Notes: a model not told the origin generated them from the letters alone. A stretch of 64,000 nucleotides of DNA from Flavobacteriales bacterium (GCA_037443205.1 JBBIOU010000011.1:1441-65440), one strand, 5' to 3'; counted from the first letter of the stretch, positions 48,794 through 58,808 are shown. Translations and numbers: made by a program.

Positions 48794-49516
48794 TTATTTC
48801 ACTCCTATATAAATGCTTGCAATACCACCCGAAAGAGATTTTACCATTACGTTTTTATAGCCGATTTGTTGCAAAATATTTACCAGTTCATCTCCTTCAG
48901 GAAACGCAGCTACCGAATCGGGAAGATATTGATAAGCTGCAGTATCCTTAGAAATGGCTTTTCCAACTTTCGGAATGATTGTTTTTGAATAAAAACCAAA
49001 TACTTGTTTTACCGGAAATTTTTTAGGTTTAGAAAATTCAATAATTAATATAGGCTTAGCAGGCTTAACAACCCGTAACATTTCTGTTAATCCTTTGTGC
49101 AGGTTTTCAAAATTTCTGATGCCAAAAGCTACCGTAAGTGCATCAAAAGTATTATCAGAAAAAGGCAAGTTTTCGCTGTCGGCTTTTATCATTTCTACTA
49201 TGTGAGATACATTTTTTTGTTGCATTTTTTGTTTGCCTTTTTCAAGCATACCGGCCGATATGTCTATACCGATAATTTTTTCAGGTTTTAATTTTAAAGC
49301 TTCAATGGCAAAATCGCCTGTGCCGGTAGCGACATCCAGTATAATTTTAGGATGATAAGGTTTAAGCATTTTGACAGCCTTTTTTCGCCATAACTTATCT
49401 ATGCCCAATGATAAAAAATGATTCAGAAAATCATATTTACCCGAAATGTTATCAAACATTGCGGCAACCTCATCTTTTTTAGAGCGGTCGGTATTGTATG
49501 GTTTTACTAATTGCAT
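48794..49516 (-). CDS. ubiE: Demethylmenaquinone / ubiquinone methyltransferase
   Basis: MFDNISGKYDFLNHFLSLGIDKLWRK and LDVATGTGD are present. I prefer the ATG at 49516 over the track start at 49621, which would overlap the divergent gene. Confidence 0.9.
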   Translation of the reverse strand: MQLVKPYNTDRSKKDEVAAMFDNISGKYDFLNHFLSLGIDKLWRKKAVKMLKPYHPKIILDVATGTGDFAIEALKLKPEKIIGIDISAGMLEKGKQKMQQKNVSHIVEMIKADSENLPFSDNTFDALTVAFGIRNFENLHKGLTEMLRVVKPAKPILIIEFSKPKKFPVKQVFGFYSKTIIPKVGKAISKDTAAYQYLPDSVAAFPEGDELVNILQQIGYKNVMVKSLSGGIASIYIGVK

Positions 49517-49564
49517 ATATCTTGCAAATGTATGTATAATTAACCGATTATTATGGTAAATGTT

Positions 49565-49572
49565 TATTTTTG
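49565..49572 (+). promoter_or_regulatory. Putative -7 promoter element for the YdcF-like gene
   Basis: TATTTTTG lies 17 nt before the ATG at 49590. Confidence 0.35.
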
Positions 49573-49589
49573 GTATGGCATAAATAATT

Positions 49590-50225
49590 ATGAAAGAAGT
49601 ATTAAAAAAACTTTTCAGCAAACAACGTTTAATCAGATGGAGTATTTACAGTCTTATTTTTTTATTGATGTATTTGTTTCGCTATCCTATATTGCGCAGT
49701 GCAGGTAATTTTTTAATACATGAGGATACTCCCGAAATTTGCGATGCGGTTTTTGTTTTAGGGGGTTCATCGCTTGAGAGAGGAATAGAAGCAAAAAAAA
49801 TTTATGACTCAGGTTACAGTAAATGTTTTATAACTACCGGACATAACATCCCTAATTTACTTAAAGCAATCAATCAACCTCTTACCGAGGCAGAAGTTAC
49901 AGCTCATTATTTGTTGCTAAACGGCTTGCCTCCCGAATACATTGATACACTTGATGCGGGTACCAGCACTCGCGAAGAAGCCATGGCAGTTTTTGAATAT
50001 TGTAAACAAAAAAAATATAACAAAGTGATGATTTTATCCTCTCGCTTTCATACTCGCAGGGTGTATAACGAATTTAAAAAAGTATTTAATGGCTCAACGG
50101 TTGATTTTATCGTACACGGAGCCCCCTCAGTTGTTTACAAAGAAGATGAATGGTGGAAATACGAGGAAGGAATGATTATGGTAAATAACGAATATATGAA
50201 AATGCTTTATTACCTTTTTAAATAA
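49590..50225 (+). CDS. YdcF/ElyC-family (DUF218) protein
   Basis: It has an N-terminal TM helix, AVFVLGGS and SSRFHTRR. Confidence 0.7.
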   Translation: MKEVLKKLFSKQRLIRWSIYSLIFLLMYLFRYPILRSAGNFLIHEDTPEICDAVFVLGGSSLERGIEAKKIYDSGYSKCFITTGHNIPNLLKAINQPLTEAEVTAHYLLLNGLPPEYIDTLDAGTSTREEAMAVFEYCKQKKYNKVMILSSRFHTRRVYNEFKKVFNGSTVDFIVHGAPSVVYKEDEWWKYEEGMIMVNNEYMKMLYYLFK

Positions 50226-50275
50226 TTCATAGGGCAAAATAATTCATAAATTGATTGATTTTACAGTTAATAATT

Positions 50276-50283
50276 TATTTTTG
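50276..50283 (+). promoter_or_regulatory. Putative -7 promoter element for cysH
   Basis: TATTTTTG lies 9 nt before the ATG at 50293, which implies a very short leader. Confidence 0.3.
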
Positions 50284-50292
50284 TTCGCCTAA

Positions 50293-50946
50293 ATGAATAT
50301 AAACCAAATAAAACATAAAATCAATGAATACAAAGAAGCGGGAAAGAAAATGTTTCTTACCTCTTCTTTTCAAACACATAGCATTCCGTTATTGCATATC
50401 ATAAGTAATATTGATAACACCATTCCGGTTTTATTTATTAACACCGGTTTTCATTTTCCTGAAACCATGATTTTTAGGGATAAAGTGGCCGAGATGCTTA
50501 AATTAAACCTGATAGATGTAAAAAGCCTGGTAGCCAGAAATCTACAAAAAGACGCCAAGGGAAGTTTCTATTTTGCTTCCGACCCTGATTATTGTTGTTT
50601 TATTAACAAGACCCAGCCCGTTGAACCTTTTTTAGCTGAATATGATGTATGGATAAACGGTGTAAGGGCAGACCAAAATGCAAACAGAAAAACTTTACAA
50701 ACCGAAATGTCGGCACCCAAAGGCTGTATTCGTTTTCATCCGATGCTTGATTGGACATCTAAAATGATATATGAATATATCCGCGAAAATAATTTGCCTA
50801 AACACCCCCTCGAAAATCAAGGTTATTTTAGTATCGGTTGCGAGCCCTGTACCCGCAAAGTTGATTTGAACGATGAACGTGCTGCACGTTGGTTTGGCTT
50901 AAATAAAACCGAATGTGGTTTGCATACTGATTTAATAAATAAATAA
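50293..50946 (+). CDS. cysH: Phosphoadenosine-phosphosulfate (PAPS/APS) reductase
   Basis: 217 aa. It has the PP-loop-like region SSFQTHSIPLLH, DPDYCC, and C-terminal CEPCT and ECGLH. Confidence 0.85.
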   Translation: MNINQIKHKINEYKEAGKKMFLTSSFQTHSIPLLHIISNIDNTIPVLFINTGFHFPETMIFRDKVAEMLKLNLIDVKSLVARNLQKDAKGSFYFASDPDYCCFINKTQPVEPFLAEYDVWINGVRADQNANRKTLQTEMSAPKGCIRFHPMLDWTSKMIYEYIRENNLPKHPLENQGYFSIGCEPCTRKVDLNDERAARWFGLNKTECGLHTDLINK

Positions 50947-50952
50947 GCATAT

Positions 50953-51876
50953 ATGAAAATACTTATTACAGGCGGAGCAGGGTACATCGGAACTGAATTG
51001 GTTTATAATTTACTTTTGCAACCGCAAGTAGAATTGATTATTGTTTACGATAATTTATCGCGAGGAAATTATAATTTTTTTATTGGTACAAAAAAAATTG
51101 ATAAAACACGATTAAAATTTATTGAAGCAGATATATTAGACAGCCGAAGATTAAAAAAAGCTTTGCAAGATATTGATATAGTTTATCATCTGGCTGCAAA
51201 AGTAACAACTCCTTTTTCCGATCAAAACCCGCACGAGTTTGAACAAATCAATCACTGGGGAACGGCCGAACTTACGTATGCGCTTGAAGAAAGCAAAGTA
51301 AAAAAATTTATATACCTCAGCTCGGTATCAGTTTATGGTTCTTCAAAAGAAGAGGTTGATGTGGATTCACCAATTAACCCGAAAACTTTTTATGGCATCT
51401 CTAAAATGCGTGGTGAAGAACATGTAAACCGAATGTTTTCAAAGTTGCCTACTTATATTATTCGTTTGGGTAATGTGTTTGGCTACAGCAAGAGTATGCG
51501 CTTTGACGCAGTTATAAACCGTTTTTTATTTGATGCACATTATAAAAAAAGAATCACCATCAACGGTTCGGGTAATCAGTTCAGGGCATTTACTCATATT
51601 CATCACGCTTGCAGTATTTTGACTAAAATAGGAGTTACTCAATGCCTTCAGCCCGGAAGATATGATTTGGTTGATGCAAATTATTCGGTAAATCAAATTG
51701 CAGACGTATTAAAAAACCTTTATCCCGACTTAGAAATACTTTTTGTAAATCAGCACATGCAACTGCGCGATATCAAAGTAAAACCTAATACCATTATCAA
51801 TCAAATTGCCGATAACAGAGAAAATGATTTAAATAAACTCTTGTCAGATTTCAGAAGCGAATTTATTACAAATTAG
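50953..51876 (+). CDS. NAD-dependent epimerase/dehydratase (extended SDR)
   Basis: MKILITGGAGYIGTEL is present, with the YGISK catalytic Y-x-x-x-K. Confidence 0.85.
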   Translation: MKILITGGAGYIGTELVYNLLLQPQVELIIVYDNLSRGNYNFFIGTKKIDKTRLKFIEADILDSRRLKKALQDIDIVYHLAAKVTTPFSDQNPHEFEQINHWGTAELTYALEESKVKKFIYLSSVSVYGSSKEEVDVDSPINPKTFYGISKMRGEEHVNRMFSKLPTYIIRLGNVFGYSKSMRFDAVINRFLFDAHYKKRITINGSGNQFRAFTHIHHACSILTKIGVTQCLQPGRYDLVDANYSVNQIADVLKNLYPDLEILFVNQHMQLRDIKVKPNTIINQIADNRENDLNKLLSDFRSEFITN

Positions 51877-51878
51877 GT

Positions 51879-54266
51879 TTACTTTAATAGTTCAAAAAAT
51901 CCGTTATAGATTTTATCGGTATCTATAATTTTTAAAATATAATAATAAGTTCCGTCACTATATTTTGAACCATCCCAATCGTTTTTATAGTTTTTAGTTT
52001 GATAGAGTAAGGTTCCCCAGCGATTAAAAATTAATAGTTCGTTATTGGGATAAAATTCCAAAAACGAAAATACCAATAAATCATTTTCACCATCGTTATT
52101 CGGAGTAATAACATTGGGCGCAACAATTTCTGCAGGAATAACTGTTATTGATTGACAAATCGTATCCAGACAGCCTTCGTTGGTAGTTAATGCAAAGCAT
52201 ACGTTATAGGTTCCCGGTTGTGTGTAGGTATGCGAAGGATTTTGAATGGTAGCCGAAGTACTATCTCCAAAATTCCAATTCCAGGCATAGGCTGTCCCCG
52301 TATGTATTGTGCTATTATCAGAAAATATTACGGGTACATTTACTATAACCGGATTAGGTAAATAGTTAAATGCAGCTTGCGGCTGTGGTTCAATATAAAG
52401 ATTAAAATTTATGGTGTCGGAATAACAACCATTAATTTCGGAATAAGCAGAATAGCTGATAGTATTTGTAGTAGTTCCGCTATTCACAACATTATCCTGT
52501 ATGTTTCCTGTTCCTGAAGTATAATTTCCTCCCCAATTGATATTGGCATTGTTTACACAAGAACTCAATGTAATGGTATAATTTTCAGCCGAACAAATAA
52601 TAGAATCGTAATTTACAGAAATATCGGGAGCAATTTTTACGGGGCGTGTAATAGCCGGAATACCGCTTACAATGGTACCACAAGCATCAGTAATGATGGG
52701 CGGAGGTATGGTAAGGGAGGTATAATTTTGATCGCAATAAATAGGGCAATTAGGAATGTTTAAGGTAAATTGATAATTAGTGGCACCGGTATTACAACCG
52801 TTATTGATGCCTTGCGTAACTACTGTATTTGTCCAGGGATGCGAAAAAGTATATGGAGCAACACCATATCTGACAAAGGCTGTAGCTTGCACGGTACAAG
52901 TATTGGCACAAATAGGATTTTGAGGGGTAGTCCACTGATTATTATAGGGTTCGGCTGTCCGCCCATAAACTACGGCTTTAAATGGCCATTGTGTAGTAAA
53001 AGGGTCGTGTCTGATATAGGTGGTATTGCATCCTGTTCCCGGACCTGTTCGGCCAAGATGCATACGCAGGTAAAAAGTAGTGGGACTGCACGACTCGGGA
53101 AAGCAACACGTAAGTGGGCTGTAAAGATTAAAACTATCTAAATAAGCGGTGCCCGGTAGATTTGCATTAGGCCCTGTAACAGTAAACGTTTGCGAATTAG
53201 CACAATTGGTACTAAAATACATAGAACCTTGCCCCATCGTTGCTGTTGTAAAAGGATCGGCATAAAAACTGGACGTAACGTAAAGTCCGGTAACGGTAAC
53301 TGCTGCCGGTATGGTAACTAAAATACTATCAGCATAGGTGGCAGGCAGTATGCAAGAGGGTATATATCCTCCGGTCCATTGCGCGGTAGGGCCATTTATC
53401 AAAGGGTCTATTACAACAGGAAATACACGGGCTGAATTATTTATCCAGCTATCAGGAACTATCAATTCCAGTTGATATTTATTATCTGTTTTTTTTATTT
53501 TATATCCGGCTATAATGTAGTTGTTGTTTGCATCATAACACAGAGGAGCAAAGATTGTACATACTACTTCATTTTTATTGTTTAACACCAGTAAATCTCC
53601 GCTCCATGCATTGCCGGTTAATTGGCCATGATTTTTATCTTCAGTTATTTTATATCCTTGAGGTAAAATTATTTCTTCATAAAAAATTAAGTTTTGATTG
53701 GCATTAACAGACATGCGATTGTTTACAACATAATTGTATTTAACCGAATTTTCTCTAAATATAAGTTGTTTGTCTATTCCTGTAACAATGTTGTATAGCG
53801 TGATTTCATTTCCTGTAAATTCAAAAGAATTTTGGGTAGCACGGTTATTTATATGAATATTTTTCCCAAAATATATATTTTGGTTGTTGCCAACAGATAA
53901 GCTAAAACTTGCATCTTTGTAGAGGGTTGTAGGAAAAGGTTGTTGTTTGGCTATCCATCTGTCATTCTCTTCGGTTAATAAAGCGCTTATGGGTATTAAC
54001 TCGTTTTTTTCGTTGTAGTAATTTACTGGTTTTTTGCTAAAAACGGCTTTTACCTGACCATCATTGCTTTTATAAGTAGATGAATATAGTGTTCTTAGTG
54101 ATATATCTTCTGTCCATGTGATGCTTTCGGTTTTAAAATTATAAACATCATTAGTTGTATTGTTTGCAGTATTTAATTGTTCAGTAAGCCCTGTATGATA
54201 ATTATTTTGAGAAAAATTATTACTATAAAAAACTAGTAAGCTGATAATGCATATATATAGTTTCAT
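51879..54266 (-). CDS. T9SS type-B cargo, 795 aa; no adjacent PorP/SprF gene
   Basis: It has a signal peptide, a large N-region with no recognised family and one PKD domain (WNFGDSTSA). The C-terminus is VITPNNDGENDLLVF...IFNRWGTLLY...WDGS...YYYILK. Confidence 0.8.
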   Translation of the reverse strand: MKLYICIISLLVFYSNNFSQNNYHTGLTEQLNTANNTTNDVYNFKTESITWTEDISLRTLYSSTYKSNDGQVKAVFSKKPVNYYNEKNELIPISALLTEENDRWIAKQQPFPTTLYKDASFSLSVGNNQNIYFGKNIHINNRATQNSFEFTGNEITLYNIVTGIDKQLIFRENSVKYNYVVNNRMSVNANQNLIFYEEIILPQGYKITEDKNHGQLTGNAWSGDLLVLNNKNEVVCTIFAPLCYDANNNYIIAGYKIKKTDNKYQLELIVPDSWINNSARVFPVVIDPLINGPTAQWTGGYIPSCILPATYADSILVTIPAAVTVTGLYVTSSFYADPFTTATMGQGSMYFSTNCANSQTFTVTGPNANLPGTAYLDSFNLYSPLTCCFPESCSPTTFYLRMHLGRTGPGTGCNTTYIRHDPFTTQWPFKAVVYGRTAEPYNNQWTTPQNPICANTCTVQATAFVRYGVAPYTFSHPWTNTVVTQGINNGCNTGATNYQFTLNIPNCPIYCDQNYTSLTIPPPIITDACGTIVSGIPAITRPVKIAPDISVNYDSIICSAENYTITLSSCVNNANINWGGNYTSGTGNIQDNVVNSGTTTNTISYSAYSEINGCYSDTINFNLYIEPQPQAAFNYLPNPVIVNVPVIFSDNSTIHTGTAYAWNWNFGDSTSATIQNPSHTYTQPGTYNVCFALTTNEGCLDTICQSITVIPAEIVAPNVITPNNDGENDLLVFSFLEFYPNNELLIFNRWGTLLYQTKNYKNDWDGSKYSDGTYYYILKIIDTDKIYNGFFELLK

Positions 54267-54335
54267 ACTTTATTGATTTATATATTGACAAATATGTAAC
54301 TTTTTTTATATATCTGCAAGTGTTGTAATAAACTT

Positions 54336-54425
54336 AAATCCAAAATTGTCATCAGCCACCAAATTTTTCGTAGGCTGATGCAAGTGTGTTTGTATGTGGG
54401 CAGTATTTGGGTTAAATCCGGTTGT
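54336..54425 (+). repeat. Dispersed intergenic repeat, copy D (hairpin subtype)
   Basis: aaatccaaaattgt is followed by the stem catcagcc (54350-57) / ggctgatg (54373-80) with a 15-nt loop, then caagtgtgtttgtatgtggg..atttgggttaaatcc. It aligns with copy E and with the core of copy B. Confidence 0.65.
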
Positions 54426-54463
54426 TGGTATATGAAATTAACCGACAGGAAAAAATTGGGTAT

Positions 54464-54498
54464 AAAAAACCCCTGCCTGATTATACAGGCAGGGGTTT
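54464..54498 (-). terminator. Rho-independent terminator of the BNR-repeat gene
   Basis: The 10-bp GC-rich stem cccctgcctg / caggcagggg has a 6-nt loop. On the minus strand it is followed by a T6 run (A6 at 54464-69). Confidence 0.8.
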
Positions 54499-54519
54499 GA
54501 AAAATTGCAAAAAATTTAG

Positions 54520-56385
54520 TTACTTATTGATAATTAATTTTTGGGTAATTTGTTGTTTACCCGAAGTAAGTGTTATAAAATAGATTCCTTCGGTAAGAGT
54601 AGTTAAATCTAATTGCTCGGTTTGCAAGCCGGCAGCAGAAGCATTTTTGTTTAAAGATAGTACTTGCTGACCAATGATGTTTGTAACAGCAACATGTATA
54701 GGAGCAGATTGCGTTGTTTCAAATGTAATGTTTACTATTCCATTGCTTGGATTAGGATAAACCTGCATATTTCTGCTAAATAGAATTTGTTCGGTAATTC
54801 CTACGCTGGGTCCTAATACGGTATCTACTTCTAAATAAACGATGTCGTTATTAACAGGGGGGTCTAAATCGCCACGAATAGTTAGTCCGGGCTCAAGGTC
54901 TCGTTGAAATAGTATTCTGAATTTATTGTCAACATGATAAGCTGCCGATGCAAAAACATGCTCGTATAGATTTTGATCGGTATCAGGTGTTAAGTCAACT
55001 TCGCCTGTCCATGTATTTCCTCCGTTGGTAGATTTCATAGCATAAATATGGCGGCAACTTTGCCCGTTAGATTCAAAGTCTTCTCTGATAGACGCATAAG
55101 AAACGAAGATAGTACCATTGGGCGAAACCCCTGCTGATGGCATTGAGCAAAGACCAACATAATAAAGTGCTAAACCAGTGACATCCAATTGCATATTGCC
55201 GTCAATATCTTGTGCACCTGTTATTACGCTGTTTGTAAAGGTGTTTTGATTTAATGCGGGCATACCTTCTCTCCAATAGCATAAACCGTTTGTTCCGGGA
55301 AAATAACTGTACGAAGCATCTGTTAAGTTATCATCCATAACACGCATTAAACCAAAGAAAACATGAGCAGTTCCGTTAGGTGCTACAACAACAGCTCCTG
55401 CACCATCGCAGGTCCAAACAGTATCATAAACAGTATCTCCGTTAATATCTAAACCTTGGTCTATTTGATATAAATCAATCGGGAAATCTGCAATGGTAGT
55501 TTTGGTCCAGGTAGTTCCATTGTCGTTCGACTTTAATAAAACGATATCCGCTAATTGATTAAATATTGCAATAGCTACGTTATTGCCATTGGCAGAAATA
55601 GCATAAGCGTCTCCGCTAAATCCGGTAAAATAATTTTGATCAATATCCGGGATGATATAGCTGTTTATATCCCATGTTGCGCCCCCATCGGTTGAGCGAT
55701 AATATACCATGGCACCTTGTTGACCCATGTAAGTAATAGGTGAGGTTTGGGTGCCGGGGTCAACTAATGCTACTACATGTATATTGTTACCGGAGGTAGC
55801 AACACGTGGCCAAATTAATGCGTTACCGGTGGTGGTAGAGATGGTGGATTGTGTCCATGTACCTGTACCGGCAGTAGTTCTTTTGTTCATTACCAATGGA
55901 TTGGCTACACTACCCGAGTGAGCAATTACTATTTCAGAGCCGTCTTGGAGCCCGGCTATAGATGGCCAGCCTGTTCTAACGCTTTCTATACGGGCTGAGG
56001 GATATGCTCCCCATACACCGCTGTTCCTGAAGTTGTATCCGGTTCCTCTGGCAGGCCAGGGGTCAGAGTCTAAACTCATTGTCCAGGCTGCGGATACATT
56101 GCCGCTTGAGGGCCAATAATAGATACGATTGTCTGTAGAGTTATTGGTTTGTAAATCGTAGATGGTTTGTCCTACTACTTCAGAGTTTATTGCTCTGGGA
56201 GCGTTGTCAGCAGGCATTAATCCTATGTAAGGACCACTTTCATCCCCTTTGTAGGGAGCGACTTTTTTAACCGCAATATCCATTTGCGGATTAATTTTAG
56301 GTATAGAGTTCTGTTGGTTTTGTTGTGAATTTGCAGCAAAACCCGATAGAATCAAACCCGATAGTAAAAGGTAACTTTTTTTCAT
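54520..56385 (-). CDS. BNR/Asp-box repeat beta-propeller protein with a T9SS type-A sorting domain
   Basis: It has three S-x-D-x-G-x-T-W boxes (STDGGATW, SNDNGTTW, STNGGNTW). The C-terminus is a Por tail (MQVYPNPSNGIVNITF...EGIYFITLTSG). Confidence 0.75.
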   Translation of the reverse strand: MKKSYLLLSGLILSGFAANSQQNQQNSIPKINPQMDIAVKKVAPYKGDESGPYIGLMPADNAPRAINSEVVGQTIYDLQTNNSTDNRIYYWPSSGNVSAAWTMSLDSDPWPARGTGYNFRNSGVWGAYPSARIESVRTGWPSIAGLQDGSEIVIAHSGSVANPLVMNKRTTAGTGTWTQSTISTTTGNALIWPRVATSGNNIHVVALVDPGTQTSPITYMGQQGAMVYYRSTDGGATWDINSYIIPDIDQNYFTGFSGDAYAISANGNNVAIAIFNQLADIVLLKSNDNGTTWTKTTIADFPIDLYQIDQGLDINGDTVYDTVWTCDGAGAVVVAPNGTAHVFFGLMRVMDDNLTDASYSYFPGTNGLCYWREGMPALNQNTFTNSVITGAQDIDGNMQLDVTGLALYYVGLCSMPSAGVSPNGTIFVSYASIREDFESNGQSCRHIYAMKSTNGGNTWTGEVDLTPDTDQNLYEHVFASAAYHVDNKFRILFQRDLEPGLTIRGDLDPPVNNDIVYLEVDTVLGPSVGITEQILFSRNMQVYPNPSNGIVNITFETTQSAPIHVAVTNIIGQQVLSLNKNASAAGLQTEQLDLTTLTEGIYFITLTSGKQQITQKLIINK

Positions 56386-56508
56386 AGCAGTTAATTTTAG
56401 TGGATTTATTTTATTTCTGTTCCAAATATATAAAATTTAGCTTGGTGTTTGTTACCATTTTATTAAAAACCACAACCGTAGCCTAATATGTGCTAATTTT
56501 AACGCCCA

Positions 56509-57165
56509 ATGCTGTTTTTTAAAAAATATTTCTTTTATGGCTTGTTGATTTTTTTCGTTACTATAGCTTGTAATAACGATAAAAATTATTTGTCAGGAAT
56601 TAACAACCGCGATACAATTTTTTATGATACTATTAAAGGTTATAATAACCCTGTTATCCCACAATCAGATGTATTATTCCTGATAGATTCGCTCGCTGCT
56701 GTTAAACAACCAATAAAGCATAAATACCTGGGTTTAAAACAGATTTTGAACAACAATGATTTGCTCGATAGTATGGAAAATGAAAATTATCTTTTTCCGG
56801 ATAGGTTTGAACACAAACAACGTGAATATATAGAGATGTTTACCCGTGAAGGAATACGTATAGGACTTTATTATTATGAATATGACGACACAGTACGGGT
56901 TAATAATGTTAAACAAAACTGGTTAGCGTGTTACGGTAAAAATTGCATGGATGTTTTGAATGAACAGTTTAATAAAAAATACTTAAATAACGAATTAACG
57001 GCCCTAACTTATATATATGATTGTAATATTATACACATTACATTGCTGAACGATACAACAAACCCACAAACGCTAAAATGGCTCACTTCAGTAAGCAATG
57101 TTTTTAAAATGCCCCGAACTTTTACAATTAAAACATTTAATTTTGATAAACATACAGTATTATGA
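56509..57165 (+). CDS. Hypothetical lipoprotein
   Basis: 218 aa with a lipobox (VTIAC). No family was recognised. An ATGA overlap joins it to the following phosphatase gene. Confidence 0.5.
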   Translation: MLFFKKYFFYGLLIFFVTIACNNDKNYLSGINNRDTIFYDTIKGYNNPVIPQSDVLFLIDSLAAVKQPIKHKYLGLKQILNNNDLLDSMENENYLFPDRFEHKQREYIEMFTREGIRIGLYYYEYDDTVRVNNVKQNWLACYGKNCMDVLNEQFNKKYLNNELTALTYIYDCNIIHITLLNDTTNPQTLKWLTSVSNVFKMPRTFTIKTFNFDKHTVL

Positions 57166-58805
57166 CTTTAAAAAAAATCATCAGCTTATGCCTAAGTTTG
57201 TTTTATTTGTTTGCTGCGGCTCAGCAAAATAAACCGCCTAAACTAGTGGTAGGTATTGTAATTGACCAAATGCGTTATGATTATTTGTATGCCTATTGGA
57301 ATAAATTTGGCAACGGAGGATTTAAAAAACTTGTCAGACAGGGATATAATTTTAAAAATACCCATTTTAATTATGTGCCTACCTATACCGGTCCGGGGCA
57401 TGCCAGTATTTATGCGGGCTGTACACCCGCCCAACACGGTATAATTGCCAACGATTGGTACGAAAGAACTGAAAACAAAATCGTATATTGTACAGAAGAT
57501 AAAAATATATCTGGTGTGGGCACCGGCAACGAATCAGGAAAAATGTCGCCACACAGAATGGTAGCCAGTAATATAGGAGACGAATTGAAAATAGCCAGCG
57601 GAAAAAAATCAAAGGTAATCGCAATTGCATTAAAAGATCGCGCAGCTATATTACCGGCAGGGCATGCTGCAGATGCAGCCTACTGGATGGATGATGCAAC
57701 CGGAGATTTTATTTCTTCTTCCTGGTATGTAAAAGAATTACCCCAATGGCTAAAAGATTTTAATAATTTAAAACTGGCAGGAAAGTTTTTAAGCGATGAC
57801 TGGAATACCTTATTACCTATTAACGAATATACAGAAAGCCTGGCAGATGATAATGTGTATGAAAAAGCATTTAAAGGCGAAGAAAGACCGGTTTTTCCGC
57901 ATAAATTATCTCAAATTCTTAAAGCATATAATAATAAACCGGGCATCATAAAATCTACCCCTTTTGGTAATACCATAACAAAGGAACTTGCCTTAGCAAT
58001 TTTAAAAAATGAAAATTTAGGCAAACATCAGGCAACGGATATGCTTTGTATCAGTTTTTCATCACCGGATTATATTGGTCACCAGTTCGGGCCAAAATCA
58101 ATTGAAATGCAAGATTGTTATTTGCGCTTAGATAAAGATTTGGAAGAAATAATTTCGTGGCTCGAAAAAAATATCGGTAAAAATAATTTTGTGTTGTTTC
58201 TTACTGCCGACCATGCAGCAGTGGATGTTCCTGCCTATTTATTTAACAATCATATCCCTGCAGGATATATCAACCTTAATGATTATAAAAACGAGCTGAA
58301 TCGCTATTTGAATGCTAAATTTAATATAAAAGATACCTCGCAACCGCTTGTAATAAATATAAATAACCAACAAGTATATTTTAATCGTGCAGTTATGAGT
58401 AAAGTTAATTTGGACGCAAAATCGGTTCAGGATATATGTGCGGATTTTTTCAGAAACATCAACGGAGTTGCGGAAGTATTAACTTTTTACCAGCTTATAA
58501 ACCAACACTACACCGATGGCATAAAAATGTTGATACAAAAGGGATTTAATGAAAAACGTTCGGGTGATGTTGTGATTAATTTTTTACCGGCATGGATAGA
58601 ATATGATAAAAGCGGTACTACACATGGCTCGCCCTACACTTATGATACGCATGTACCTTTATTATGGTATGGGTATAATATTCCAAGGGGTTCATCAGCC
58701 GAATATGTTGCTATAACTGATATTGCTCCAACGCTAAGTTTAATACTGAATATACCTTTTCCTAATGCTTGTACCGGCAAACCTATACAAAGTCTGGTTA
58801 AATAA
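57162..58805 (+). CDS. Alkaline phosphatase / nucleotide pyrophosphatase family, PafA-like
   Basis: 547 aa with a signal peptide. PKLVVGIVIDQMRYDYL, TYTGPGHASIYAG, SFSSPDYIGH and TADHA are metal and nucleophile motifs of type I phosphodiesterase/AP-superfamily enzymes. Confidence 0.8.
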   Translation: MTLKKIISLCLSLFYLFAAAQQNKPPKLVVGIVIDQMRYDYLYAYWNKFGNGGFKKLVRQGYNFKNTHFNYVPTYTGPGHASIYAGCTPAQHGIIANDWYERTENKIVYCTEDKNISGVGTGNESGKMSPHRMVASNIGDELKIASGKKSKVIAIALKDRAAILPAGHAADAAYWMDDATGDFISSSWYVKELPQWLKDFNNLKLAGKFLSDDWNTLLPINEYTESLADDNVYEKAFKGEERPVFPHKLSQILKAYNNKPGIIKSTPFGNTITKELALAILKNENLGKHQATDMLCISFSSPDYIGHQFGPKSIEMQDCYLRLDKDLEEIISWLEKNIGKNNFVLFLTADHAAVDVPAYLFNNHIPAGYINLNDYKNELNRYLNAKFNIKDTSQPLVININNQQVYFNRAVMSKVNLDAKSVQDICADFFRNINGVAEVLTFYQLINQHYTDGIKMLIQKGFNEKRSGDVVINFLPAWIEYDKSGTTHGSPYTYDTHVPLLWYGYNIPRGSSAEYVAITDIAPTLSLILNIPFPNACTGKPIQSLVK

Positions 58806-58808
58806 ATT

